Assembly (NCBI GenBank): GCA_903924185.1
Contig: CAIYAN010000038.1
Location: 1 to 43,031 of the forward strand
Length of the DNA: 43,031 bases
Direction: 5' to 3'
Source of the DNA: an uncultured Opitutia bacterium
GTDB lineage: Bacteria > Verrucomicrobiota > Verrucomicrobiia > Opitutales > UBA953
Positions 1 through 7,863 of the stretch are shown here, one piece after another (the stretch's first letter is position 1; each line of letters opens with the position of its first letter). The translations under genes were made by a program, and so were the position numbers. The notes under the pieces are model-generated. The model made no database searches and was not told the DNA's origin. It saw nothing but the letters and a program-made list of their open reading frames with translations.

Positions 1-202
1 CGATGGTCGCGAGGCCCGAGAGCAGCAGCAGGGCCAGGCCGTAGCCTTCGGGGTTCGGGCTGAGGTCAAAGGTCAGCGGACCGTAGAGCTTGTTCCAGAG
101 CGACACCCGCTGAGGTTGGCCGCTCGCCATCCAGCCTAACAGCAGGTAGAGGTCCGTGCAGCCGTAGGCCACGCAGAGCGCAGCAATCTTCAGCTGTTTC
201 AT
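1..202 (-). CDS. Hypothetical protein, N-terminal fragment; the gene continues beyond the left edge
   Basis: Reverse-strand ATG at 200-202 opens a frame to position 1 (MKQLKIAALCVAYGCTDLYLLLGWMASGQ...GLALLLLSGLATI). It is hydrophobic and sits 3 nt downstream of the stop of the preceding reverse-strand gene. No family recognised. Confidence 0.3.
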   Translation of the reverse strand, partial: MKQLKIAALCVAYGCTDLYLLLGWMASGQPQRVSLWNKLYGPLTFDLSPNPEGYGLALLLLSGLATI

Positions 203-205
203 GGC

Positions 206-2881
206 TTACTTTGTGGCTTTCTTAAAGACGGGCTTTTCTTTGTCGCCGCCGCTTAGGACGTAGGCCACGAGGTCGAGGATTTCATCCTGCGTGAGCATGC
301 TGAGGAGCATCGGGGGCATCGGGGAGATCGCGCTGCGCTCAATGCTCTTCACTTCCTTGCGGTCGACGTTGACGCGTTGGTCGGGGTCGGAGAGATCCGT
401 GTTCACGACGACCGAGTCACCGTTTAGGTTAACGATGACGCCGGTGAGGGTGTCACCATTGTTCTTGGTCACGATAATCGGGGCGAACTGCTCGTTGATC
501 TCCTTGCTGGGGTTAATGATCTGGTCGAGGAAGTCATGCGGGCTGTAGCGGCCCCCGGAGAGGGTGAGGTCGGGGCCCGTCATGCCGCCCGCATTGCCGA
601 AGCGGTGGCAGGTGAAGCAGGCCGCGGCGGCGAAGACCTTGCGGCCGGTGTCGAAGTTACGGTCTTTCAGGCCAGCACCGACGGCGGCGTCGAGTTCCGT
701 GAGCGTCCAGGCCTTGGGCGTGCGACCAGCGAACATGGCACCGGCGTTTTCAATGGGCGACTTGATGACAGGCTTTTGGGCGATGAGCGCGGCGTGCTGC
801 TGCTTCTCGGCGTCGGTGAAGGTCGCGAGGGAGTCGTTTCGGATGAATTGGATGAACTGGGTGAAGCTCGAGCCGCCACGGTAGTTGGCAGCCTGGAGGA
901 ACCAGTTCAGCTGGGCTTGGCGCAGGGCAGGGGTCCAGCCGGTCTTTAGGAAGCGGAGGCTACGGGCGTATTCCATCTGTGGCTCTTGGCTTTCGGCGTT
1001 AGCGATGAGCGCCATGCCCTTCGCCGCGGTGTTCGGGGCCTGGAGGAAGGCGAGCGTCTCGCAGAGGACCCAGTTGAGTTCGAAGTTGTTCGCGGGGAAG
1101 GCGGGGTCTAGGCGATCAACGATTTGCTGCACGCGGGCGGCGGCGGGCGTGCCGTAGCGGTGCAATACGATTTCGGAGATGCGGACCCACGCAATGCGCT
1201 GGCCGTTAGTGAGCTTGGCCCAGTCGAGGCGGAGCAGGGCGTCGAGAACTCCGTCGCGTGTGGCGCTCTCAGCGGCGGTTGGTTGGGCGACCATTAGGGG
1301 TACGCCCGTCCGAGGGTCAGGCTTAGCTGCGCGTGGGCTGTGGTTCGGGCACTGGGCACCGACCAAGGCGACAGCGAGCAAGGCTTCGAGGGAACGCGCT
1401 GGGTCGGTTTCCTTGAGCGCGCGGTCTTTCCACTGGGCGATTGGTTGGTGCTCTAGGATAATACGGGCGGCCCAGCGGATATTACGGTCGGCGCTGTTCA
1501 GGTGGGGCCAGGCGAGGTCGACGGACTTGGGGTCTTGGACGCCATGGTAGGCTTCGAGCTGATGGCGGAGGTTGGCTTCGTCGGTCTGGCGTGTGAGTAC
1601 ATCAACCCCCGCGGTGCTTTCCTTGCCGATATAACTCACACGGTAGAGGCCGGACTGCACCTTGCGGCCGCCGATGGCGAAATACATTGCGCCATCTTTC
1701 GGGTGAATGAAGGCGTCGGTAACGGGCAGGGGACCACCCGTCACGAATTCTTCCTTGGTGGCGGTATAGCTGGCGCCCTTGGGCGTGAGATGAACCGCGT
1801 AGATTTTTCCCCAGCTCCAGTCGAGGGCGTAGAGGGCCTGCTGGTACTTGGCCGGGAACTTCGCGCCATAGCCGAAGGTCATGCCCGTCGGTGAGCCGGG
1901 CCCAATATTAAGGGTGGCCGGCAGATTATCGGGGTAGAACTCGGGGTACTTGCCCGCACCGTTACGCCAGCCGTATTCGCCACCGCTTACGACGTGGTTG
2001 ATGCGCGTCGGGCGATACCACGGGGTATTGAAGTCATACTCCATGTCCGCGTCATAAGTGAAGAGCTCGCCGGCCTGGTTCACGGCACCGCCGTAGATAT
2101 TCCGGAAGCCCGAGGCGAAGACCTTGAATTCTTTACCGTCGGGGGTGAAGCGGTAGACGATCCCGCCGGGGGCGAGAACGTGGCGGTTGTGGCCACGGCC
2201 ATCGGGCATGCGAGGCAGGAGATGGTCATCGCCCCACACCGTCGGTACCGGTGAGTTGGCTGCGGTTTCCGGCTTCACGGCGTTGTTGCCCGTGATGAGG
2301 TAGAGGGCCTTGCCATCGGGGGTCGGTACGATGGCGTGGACGCCGTGGTCGCCGCTGGCTTGGATTTCGCGGAGGAGTTCGACCTTGTCGAGGGCGTCGT
2401 CGCCGTTGGTGTCGCTCAAGCGGTAGACGCCGCTGGGGATCTTCTTTTCGTAGTCGTTCACACCTACGTAGAGCGCGCCGAAGGCGAAGACCATGCCGTT
2501 AATGCCGCGGATGCTAACGGCTAGTTTCTGTACGTCAGTGGCCTGGAGAGGTTGGCCGGCCGCGGGGGCAGGGAAGCGGTAGAGTGCACCGTATTGGTCA
2601 CTCGCGTAGATTCGACCCTTGCTGTCGGTGCAGAGTGCGACCCAGGAGCCTTGCTCGGCATTCGGGACGGAGTAGAGGAGCTCCACTTGGAAGCCCGCGG
2701 GAACTTTGATGCGGTCGACCGGAGTGGCTTTATTCTCGCCGATGGCCGCGCCAGTCGTGCCAGCTTTCTTGGCGGCAGCTTTGGCGGGGGCCTTCTTGGC
2801 GGGGGTGGCTGGGGTGTCGGCGGCAAAGACGGGCAGGGCCGCGGCCAGCAGCAGGGCTAAGCAGGACAGGGGGAGTCGCAT
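206..2881 (-). CDS. PVC-type heme-binding CxxCH protein / membrane-bound dehydrogenase-domain protein (secreted)
   Basis: 891-aa ORF with signal peptide MRLPLSCLALLLAAALPVFA. It has a long propeller-like N-terminal part, a helical-repeat middle, and the C-terminal cytochrome c motif CFTCHRF (CxxCH). This architecture is typical of Planctomycetes/Verrucomicrobia. Confidence 0.85.
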   Translation of the reverse strand: MRLPLSCLALLLAAALPVFAADTPATPAKKAPAKAAAKKAGTTGAAIGENKATPVDRIKVPAGFQVELLYSVPNAEQGSWVALCTDSKGRIYASDQYGALYRFPAPAAGQPLQATDVQKLAVSIRGINGMVFAFGALYVGVNDYEKKIPSGVYRLSDTNGDDALDKVELLREIQASGDHGVHAIVPTPDGKALYLITGNNAVKPETAANSPVPTVWGDDHLLPRMPDGRGHNRHVLAPGGIVYRFTPDGKEFKVFASGFRNIYGGAVNQAGELFTYDADMEYDFNTPWYRPTRINHVVSGGEYGWRNGAGKYPEFYPDNLPATLNIGPGSPTGMTFGYGAKFPAKYQQALYALDWSWGKIYAVHLTPKGASYTATKEEFVTGGPLPVTDAFIHPKDGAMYFAIGGRKVQSGLYRVSYIGKESTAGVDVLTRQTDEANLRHQLEAYHGVQDPKSVDLAWPHLNSADRNIRWAARIILEHQPIAQWKDRALKETDPARSLEALLAVALVGAQCPNHSPRAAKPDPRTGVPLMVAQPTAAESATRDGVLDALLRLDWAKLTNGQRIAWVRISEIVLHRYGTPAAARVQQIVDRLDPAFPANNFELNWVLCETLAFLQAPNTAAKGMALIANAESQEPQMEYARSLRFLKTGWTPALRQAQLNWFLQAANYRGGSSFTQFIQFIRNDSLATFTDAEKQQHAALIAQKPVIKSPIENAGAMFAGRTPKAWTLTELDAAVGAGLKDRNFDTGRKVFAAAACFTCHRFGNAGGMTGPDLTLSGGRYSPHDFLDQIINPSKEINEQFAPIIVTKNNGDTLTGVIVNLNGDSVVVNTDLSDPDQRVNVDRKEVKSIERSAISPMPPMLLSMLTQDEILDLVAYVLSGGDKEKPVFKKATK

Positions 2882-2976
2882 GGGGATGACTCAACATCGG
2901 GAAGAATCCCCAGTCCGTCAACCGGACTTAGGGTTCGCTGGCTCGATAATTTGCCCGGACCTAGGCGGATGGCCCG

Positions 2977-3180
2977 CTAGGTCCGACGAAAGCCTTGGAA
3001 CGAGCGTGCTAAGACCCAAAGGAGCCCTAGGCAAAGGACGAACGCCATTGCATAGGCCAGCCGCCAGTAGCCTGCCGTGCCAGGCTCGCCAGCGGCCATG
3101 AAACCGTAGGCACTAACCGCCGCCGCTCCCAGCAACGCGGCTGCTCGGAAGATATAAAGTATCCAGAGAAAGATACGCAC
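2977..3180 (-). CDS. Possible small two-helix membrane protein
   Basis: 67-aa ORF with two hydrophobic stretches (IFLWILYIFRAAALLGAAAV; AMAFVLCLGLLWVL) in an otherwise unassigned 370-nt gap. No homology recognised. Confidence 0.3.
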   Translation of the reverse strand: MRIFLWILYIFRAAALLGAAAVSAYGFMAAGEPGTAGYWRLAYAMAFVLCLGLLWVLARSFQGFRRT

Positions 3181-3253
3181 GGAAGGGGTCTACGGTGAAG
3201 GTGTTCTTGGGTCAAGGGGCTAGCCCGCCCATCGGGCTAAGCCGCCTGGTCAC

Positions 3254-4690
3254 TTATTCGGTGAGCGTCAGAACCAATGCGCTGGCGGGGGGCAGTGAAA
3301 CCAGCGCTCGACCGTTGTGGACCGCCACGGCTTTTTCCGTGGCCAAGGTGCGCTGCCAGCGACCGTCGGCTGCTACCACCGTATTCGCATAGGTGACGCC
3401 GTCTTTCGACGACGCCTGTGGGGCCGTCAACCGGTGGACGCTGCCAGCGCGAAAGCGTGCCCCGACCTGGACGGCGGTCACTACTTCTTGGGTGAGGTCC
3501 TTGTTTACCAGCACAACGCGTACCTTGCCGCTGTCATCCAGCGTCGCGTGGGCAACGAGGTTGGCAGTGGATTTCACCTTGGTTGGCAGGAGACGCCCTT
3601 GGCCGGCGTCATGAAACAAGAGCATCGCATAATAGAGCGGATGCACCGTGTAGCTCGCCTCGCCTTTGACGGCGGAAATCGGCGAGTAGCTGCCAGGCTT
3701 AAGGTTGCAGTGAAAGTTAACCCCATCGGCGCCGTGTTCGGCGACGGAGAAGAGGAAGTCCGTGGCCCAGAGGGCGGAGACAAAGGTGTCGCTGACGCCG
3801 GTGCGACCGCCGTTGGAGACGGAGTTGAACTCGGCGAGCCGGTAGCGCATGCCGGCGGCCTTCGCGGCAGCGAGGTGTTCATCGACCATGGTTACATCCT
3901 TCGCCATGGTGGCCGGGAGCAGGAGATTTTCGATGCTGGGGAAATTGGCCGACTGCGGATTGGTGGAGCCACCGGAGAGGGCATACAGGTGGGAGGTGCC
4001 GATTTGGAGCTGACCTTTGAGTCCGGCGACGGCGTCTTCGAACCAGTGATCCGTGCGGCGGGCGGTGGCGGGACCGGCTAAGACGATGCCAGGGTTCTTG
4101 GCGCGGATGACTTTAATAGCCGCTTGGGCTTCGGGGAGGTACTGTGCGCAGTTATAGCCATTTTTGCGCGCGGCATGGTTGACGTAGAGGTTGGGTTCAT
4201 TGCCGACTTCAAAGGCCAGCACCGAGCTCGCACCGACTTTGAGCGCGTAGGCGGCTTCATCCGCAGATTGTTCGGGTGCATTGCTGGCGAGGTTAAGTCC
4301 GTGGAAGCACTTCCACTGTGTGGCCTTCAGGAAGCCGTAGAGGTCGTCGATCGTCGCGCGTCCGATGATTGCTTGCCCCGTCTTCTTATCGAGGATGGTG
4401 GCCGCGGCATCGGCTTGCCAGCGGGTGAGTTCCACCTTGTTACCGCCCAGACGCAAGGTGCCTGCCCCGAGGTTGCGGTGCAGGTTGATCAAGACGGTGT
4501 TCTCCGCCTTGAAGTGCGGTTCGACCAGCGCGTTCTTCTCGTAGCTAATGCCAAGGAAATCTGCCGGAATGGTCAGCCCGGGCACGGTCACGTCGATTAT
4601 GACCTGGGCGGGGATGTCCGCCGCGCTGAGCGAGGCGACGAGGCCTAGGGTAAATAGGCACTGCAGTATCTTGGATGACCGACCGCTCAC
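3254..4690 (-). CDS. Glycoside hydrolase, GH79-like (beta-glucuronidase/heparanase-like), secreted
   Basis: 478 aa with a signal peptide. The EVGNEPNLY motif is the NEP acid/base region of clan GH-A and GH79, and LAEFNS is a candidate nucleophile region. The GTG start overlaps the upstream sulfatase stop by 4 nt (GTGA). Confidence 0.7.
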   Translation of the reverse strand: MSGRSSKILQCLFTLGLVASLSAADIPAQVIIDVTVPGLTIPADFLGISYEKNALVEPHFKAENTVLINLHRNLGAGTLRLGGNKVELTRWQADAAATILDKKTGQAIIGRATIDDLYGFLKATQWKCFHGLNLASNAPEQSADEAAYALKVGASSVLAFEVGNEPNLYVNHAARKNGYNCAQYLPEAQAAIKVIRAKNPGIVLAGPATARRTDHWFEDAVAGLKGQLQIGTSHLYALSGGSTNPQSANFPSIENLLLPATMAKDVTMVDEHLAAAKAAGMRYRLAEFNSVSNGGRTGVSDTFVSALWATDFLFSVAEHGADGVNFHCNLKPGSYSPISAVKGEASYTVHPLYYAMLLFHDAGQGRLLPTKVKSTANLVAHATLDDSGKVRVVLVNKDLTQEVVTAVQVGARFRAGSVHRLTAPQASSKDGVTYANTVVAADGRWQRTLATEKAVAVHNGRALVSLPPASALVLTLTE

Positions 4691-6441
4691 TTGCCCATCT
4701 TGACGAACTCGTCCTTACTTAGGTCGGCCGTGTTGTCCTTGTCCATCTTGACGAAATTCTTGGCGGCTTGTTCAGGGTCTTTCTGCTTAGCCATGAATTC
4801 TTCCTTGGTGAGCTTACCGTCCTTATTCACGTCACGTCGCTCAAACATCGCAACGCGTTCGGCAACGGGGTCGGTGGCGGCGGCGGGCGGGGTGACCTTA
4901 GGTGCTGAGGCGTCTTCGTCTTTCTTCTTCGCGTCGAGGTCGACGATGTTCTTTTTGCCCTTAGCAATCTTCACCGCGTTGGGGTCGGCTGCGGGGATGG
5001 GTGGAGGGAGGAACTTGGAGAGGCGCTCAATGACTTCTTTATTTTCTGGCTTTGTAGCGAGATTCTCGGGCTCCTTCGGCGCGTTCACCTCGTCGTAGAG
5101 TTCGGTGAAGACAATCGTGTTATCGGTGAGGCTGCGCCAGAGGGTGAGGCGCCAGCGGTCGTCACGGATGCTGTAGCCCATGGCACGCTGGCTGGTAGAT
5201 TTATCACCATTCTTTTGCACGGTCTTGGGGTATTGGCTGATGGCGACGGGCTTTACGGTGACCGCAGGGTTTTCCATGATGGGTTTGAGGCTGACGCCGT
5301 CTACCTTGGGAGCTGGTAGGCCGCACAGGTCGGTGAGGGTCGGGTAGACGTCCACGAATTCGACCAGCGAGTTGCTCTTTTGGCCGGCGGTCTTCTGGCC
5401 GGGGGCGCTAAAAATCAGCGGGACGCGCGTATCGACTTCGAAGTTGGTATGCTTGCCCCACTCTTGGTGGTCGCCGAGTTTCCAGCCGTGGTCGCCCCAC
5501 AGCACGATGACAGTGTTATTGGCGAGGCCTTCTTTCTCGAGCGCATCCAGGAGCAGGCCTACGTTAGCATCGGTGTAGCTGATGGCGGCGTAGTAGCCGT
5601 GGCGAACTTGGCTGGCAAATGCCTCGGGCAAGGGTGTGAAGTCCTGCTTCTTGGCCTTCGGCGGGACATTGGTGTAGGCGTGGAATTCACCGCTATCGTT
5701 ATCGCCCACGGAGTGCGGTGTGCCGACCGGGAAGGCGCTGGCGGTGTTCGGGATCTTCGCTGGGTCGTAGAGATCCCAATATTTCTTCGGTGATACGAAA
5801 GGGAGGTGGGGTTTCGAGAGGCCGACCGCTAGGAAGAAGGGCTGACCTTTCTTTTTAAGTTCAGCGAGCGTCTGGACAGCGAGTCGGGCGGTCTTGCCGT
5901 CGGTGTAGAAGTCGTCCGGTACGTCGCCGGCCTCAAAGGCTGCACCTTTATTTTTGCCGTCTTCGGCGCCAGCGCCGGCCGAACGGCTTTCAGGTTTGGC
6001 GTAGGTTTCGGCCTTTGGCGTCGCCCAAGGCGTCGACCAGGTCGGGGCATCGTCATAGCCGCCGTGGAAGATCTTCCCCATGCCTTGGGAGAAGTAGCCG
6101 TGCTCTTTGAAGTATTGTCCGACGGTCTTGACGTCGGGGAGGGCGACGCGGAAGTGGGTGTTGAGGTCCCAGACGCGCGTGGCGTCGGGACGCCGGCCAG
6201 TCATGATTGAAGCGCGCGATGGGCTGCAGATGGCCTGCTGGCAGTAGGCCCGATTGAAGACCATGCCGCGGGCGGCGAGGCGATCGATGTTCGGGGTCTT
6301 GACGACGGGATTTCCGTAGCAACCGAGCTCGGGTCGGAGGTCATCGATGGCGATGAACAGGACGTTGGGCCTTTGGGCGTCGGCGGCCGAGAGGCTGGCG
6401 CAACTCAAGAGACCAGCGAGCAGGAGGGCGGATTTAATCAT
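4687..6441 (-). CDS. Sulfatase (iduronate-2-sulfatase-like) with a C-terminal EF-hand pair
   Basis: 584 aa with a signal peptide. QQAICSPSRASIMTGRRPD carries the C-x-P-x-R formylglycine motif in an I2S-like context, and GDHGW is present. The C-terminus has DVNKDGKLTKEE and DKDNTADLSKDE EF-hand loops. Confidence 0.88.
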   Translation of the reverse strand: MIKSALLLAGLLSCASLSAADAQRPNVLFIAIDDLRPELGCYGNPVVKTPNIDRLAARGMVFNRAYCQQAICSPSRASIMTGRRPDATRVWDLNTHFRVALPDVKTVGQYFKEHGYFSQGMGKIFHGGYDDAPTWSTPWATPKAETYAKPESRSAGAGAEDGKNKGAAFEAGDVPDDFYTDGKTARLAVQTLAELKKKGQPFFLAVGLSKPHLPFVSPKKYWDLYDPAKIPNTASAFPVGTPHSVGDNDSGEFHAYTNVPPKAKKQDFTPLPEAFASQVRHGYYAAISYTDANVGLLLDALEKEGLANNTVIVLWGDHGWKLGDHQEWGKHTNFEVDTRVPLIFSAPGQKTAGQKSNSLVEFVDVYPTLTDLCGLPAPKVDGVSLKPIMENPAVTVKPVAISQYPKTVQKNGDKSTSQRAMGYSIRDDRWRLTLWRSLTDNTIVFTELYDEVNAPKEPENLATKPENKEVIERLSKFLPPPIPAADPNAVKIAKGKKNIVDLDAKKKDEDASAPKVTPPAAATDPVAERVAMFERRDVNKDGKLTKEEFMAKQKDPEQAAKNFVKMDKDNTADLSKDEFVKMGK

Positions 6442-6543
6442 TGGAGAAGCATCCAGACTTTGAGAACGCCCGTCCTTGGCAACCTTCTCCGTCTTAATCT
6501 TTCTTAAGATTCCTAAGTGGCCCCTTTTTGGAGCAATTTAAGC

Positions 6544-7761
6544 TTACTTAAAGGCCTCTACGGCCGTCTTTTGAAACTCTCGGCGGATCTCGGAGCCATC
6601 AGAGTTCGGGAGGTCGGTGCGCTGGATGAGCAGGACGTAGGCTTGGCGACGGACGGGGTCGATCCAGGCTTGGGTACCGTAGGCGCCACCGTGGCCGAAG
6701 CTACCGGGGGAAAGGCTCTCGGTGACGCCGACGGGGGTGCCGACGAGATGGAAGCCGAGGCCCATGCGCATGCCTTCAGCGAAACTAACTTTGGGCATCT
6801 CGCCGAGCTGGTTCGTCGTCATCAGTTTGAGCGTCTCGGGACGAAGGAAGCGGTGACCGTCCAGTTCGCCGCCGCGCAGAATCATCTGGTAGAGTTGGGC
6901 CAAGTCATTCGCGGTGGAGAAGAGTCCGCCGGCTGGTATCGCCGTGCGTGCGCGATTTTGCAGAGGGTTGCTGAAGCGGCTGTTGCCCGCGGCGATGAGT
7001 TCGCCAGTAACCTTATCCTTGCGATAAGGCGTCGCGAGGCTCGCCTGCAGAGTGACGTCCGGCCAGAAGCTGGTGCTATTCATATCTAGCGGATCGAGGA
7101 AGCGCTTCTGCACGAATTCCGCATAGGGCTGGCCGCTGGCGACTTCGATGATTCGTCCGAGCGTGTTGATGCCGGTGTTGCTATAAGCCCACTTAGCGCC
7201 GGGTGCGGAGACCAGTGCGGTGCGGCCAGAGTGGTCGACCATGGCGGCGAGCGGGATGGTATCGACCGGTTGGTTGGCCGCCGTCGGCATCGCCGGGGAG
7301 AGTCCGCTGGTGTGCGTGAGGAGGTCACGGATAGTGACCGGCCGCGGGGTCGGGACGGGCCCCGTGGGCGTGGCGAGCTTTTGTGCTTTGAACGATGGCA
7401 GGTATTTTTCGACGGGATCGTCGAGGCCGAGCTTACCTTCTTCGACGAGCATGAGGACGCCCATCGCGGTGATGGGCTTAGTCATCGAAGCAATCCAGAA
7501 GACGGAGTCCTTGCGCATCGGCCGGCCGCTGGCGATGTCTGCTAACCCGAAGGCTTCCAGCGCGATGATGCGATCGGGGCCCACAACCATGGTGACGGCA
7601 CCAGCGAACTCCTGCTTCTCCTGTAGTTCCTGCAGGGCGAAGCTGAACACGGCATTATTTTCGTCGAGGCTGACCTCCTCGCGGGGAGCGGGGTGCGTGC
7701 ACCCGCTGGCGAGCACGGCCAAGATGAAGCAGATGACGGGCAGCAGGGCAGGGCGGCGCAT
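6544..7761 (-). CDS. Serine hydrolase, class C beta-lactamase/esterase family lipoprotein
   Basis: 405 aa with lipobox LASGC. Motifs present: SxxK (SMTK), YxN (YSN) and a C-terminal HGG motif. Confidence 0.85.
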   Translation of the reverse strand: MRRPALLPVICFILAVLASGCTHPAPREEVSLDENNAVFSFALQELQEKQEFAGAVTMVVGPDRIIALEAFGLADIASGRPMRKDSVFWIASMTKPITAMGVLMLVEEGKLGLDDPVEKYLPSFKAQKLATPTGPVPTPRPVTIRDLLTHTSGLSPAMPTAANQPVDTIPLAAMVDHSGRTALVSAPGAKWAYSNTGINTLGRIIEVASGQPYAEFVQKRFLDPLDMNSTSFWPDVTLQASLATPYRKDKVTGELIAAGNSRFSNPLQNRARTAIPAGGLFSTANDLAQLYQMILRGGELDGHRFLRPETLKLMTTNQLGEMPKVSFAEGMRMGLGFHLVGTPVGVTESLSPGSFGHGGAYGTQAWIDPVRRQAYVLLIQRTDLPNSDGSEIRREFQKTAVEAFK

Positions 7762-7863
7762 AGGCGTAAGGTGGGCCCCCTCTGGCCAAGTTCAAGCGTC
7801 CTGTCGGCGGGCCTCGCCCATCCTTTACATTTGGGCGAACCGACCTTTAGTCCTAACGTTCAC

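Noticed and set aside
2956-2985. A 9-bp inverted repeat (CGGACCTAG...CTAGGTCCG) that could be a terminator. A second hairpin lies at 3218..3243 downstream of the GH79-like gene.
   Set aside because: Neither is followed by a U-tract in the relevant orientation. The first overlaps the stop of the doubtful small ORF, so evidence is insufficient to call terminators.
7693-7863. A 57-codon N-terminal extension of the Tgt ORF, which would give 736 aa.
   Set aside because: It overlaps the 5-prime end of the divergent serine-hydrolase gene, is Arg/Gly/Ala-rich with no Tgt similarity, and the conserved Tgt N-terminus begins at ATG 7864.
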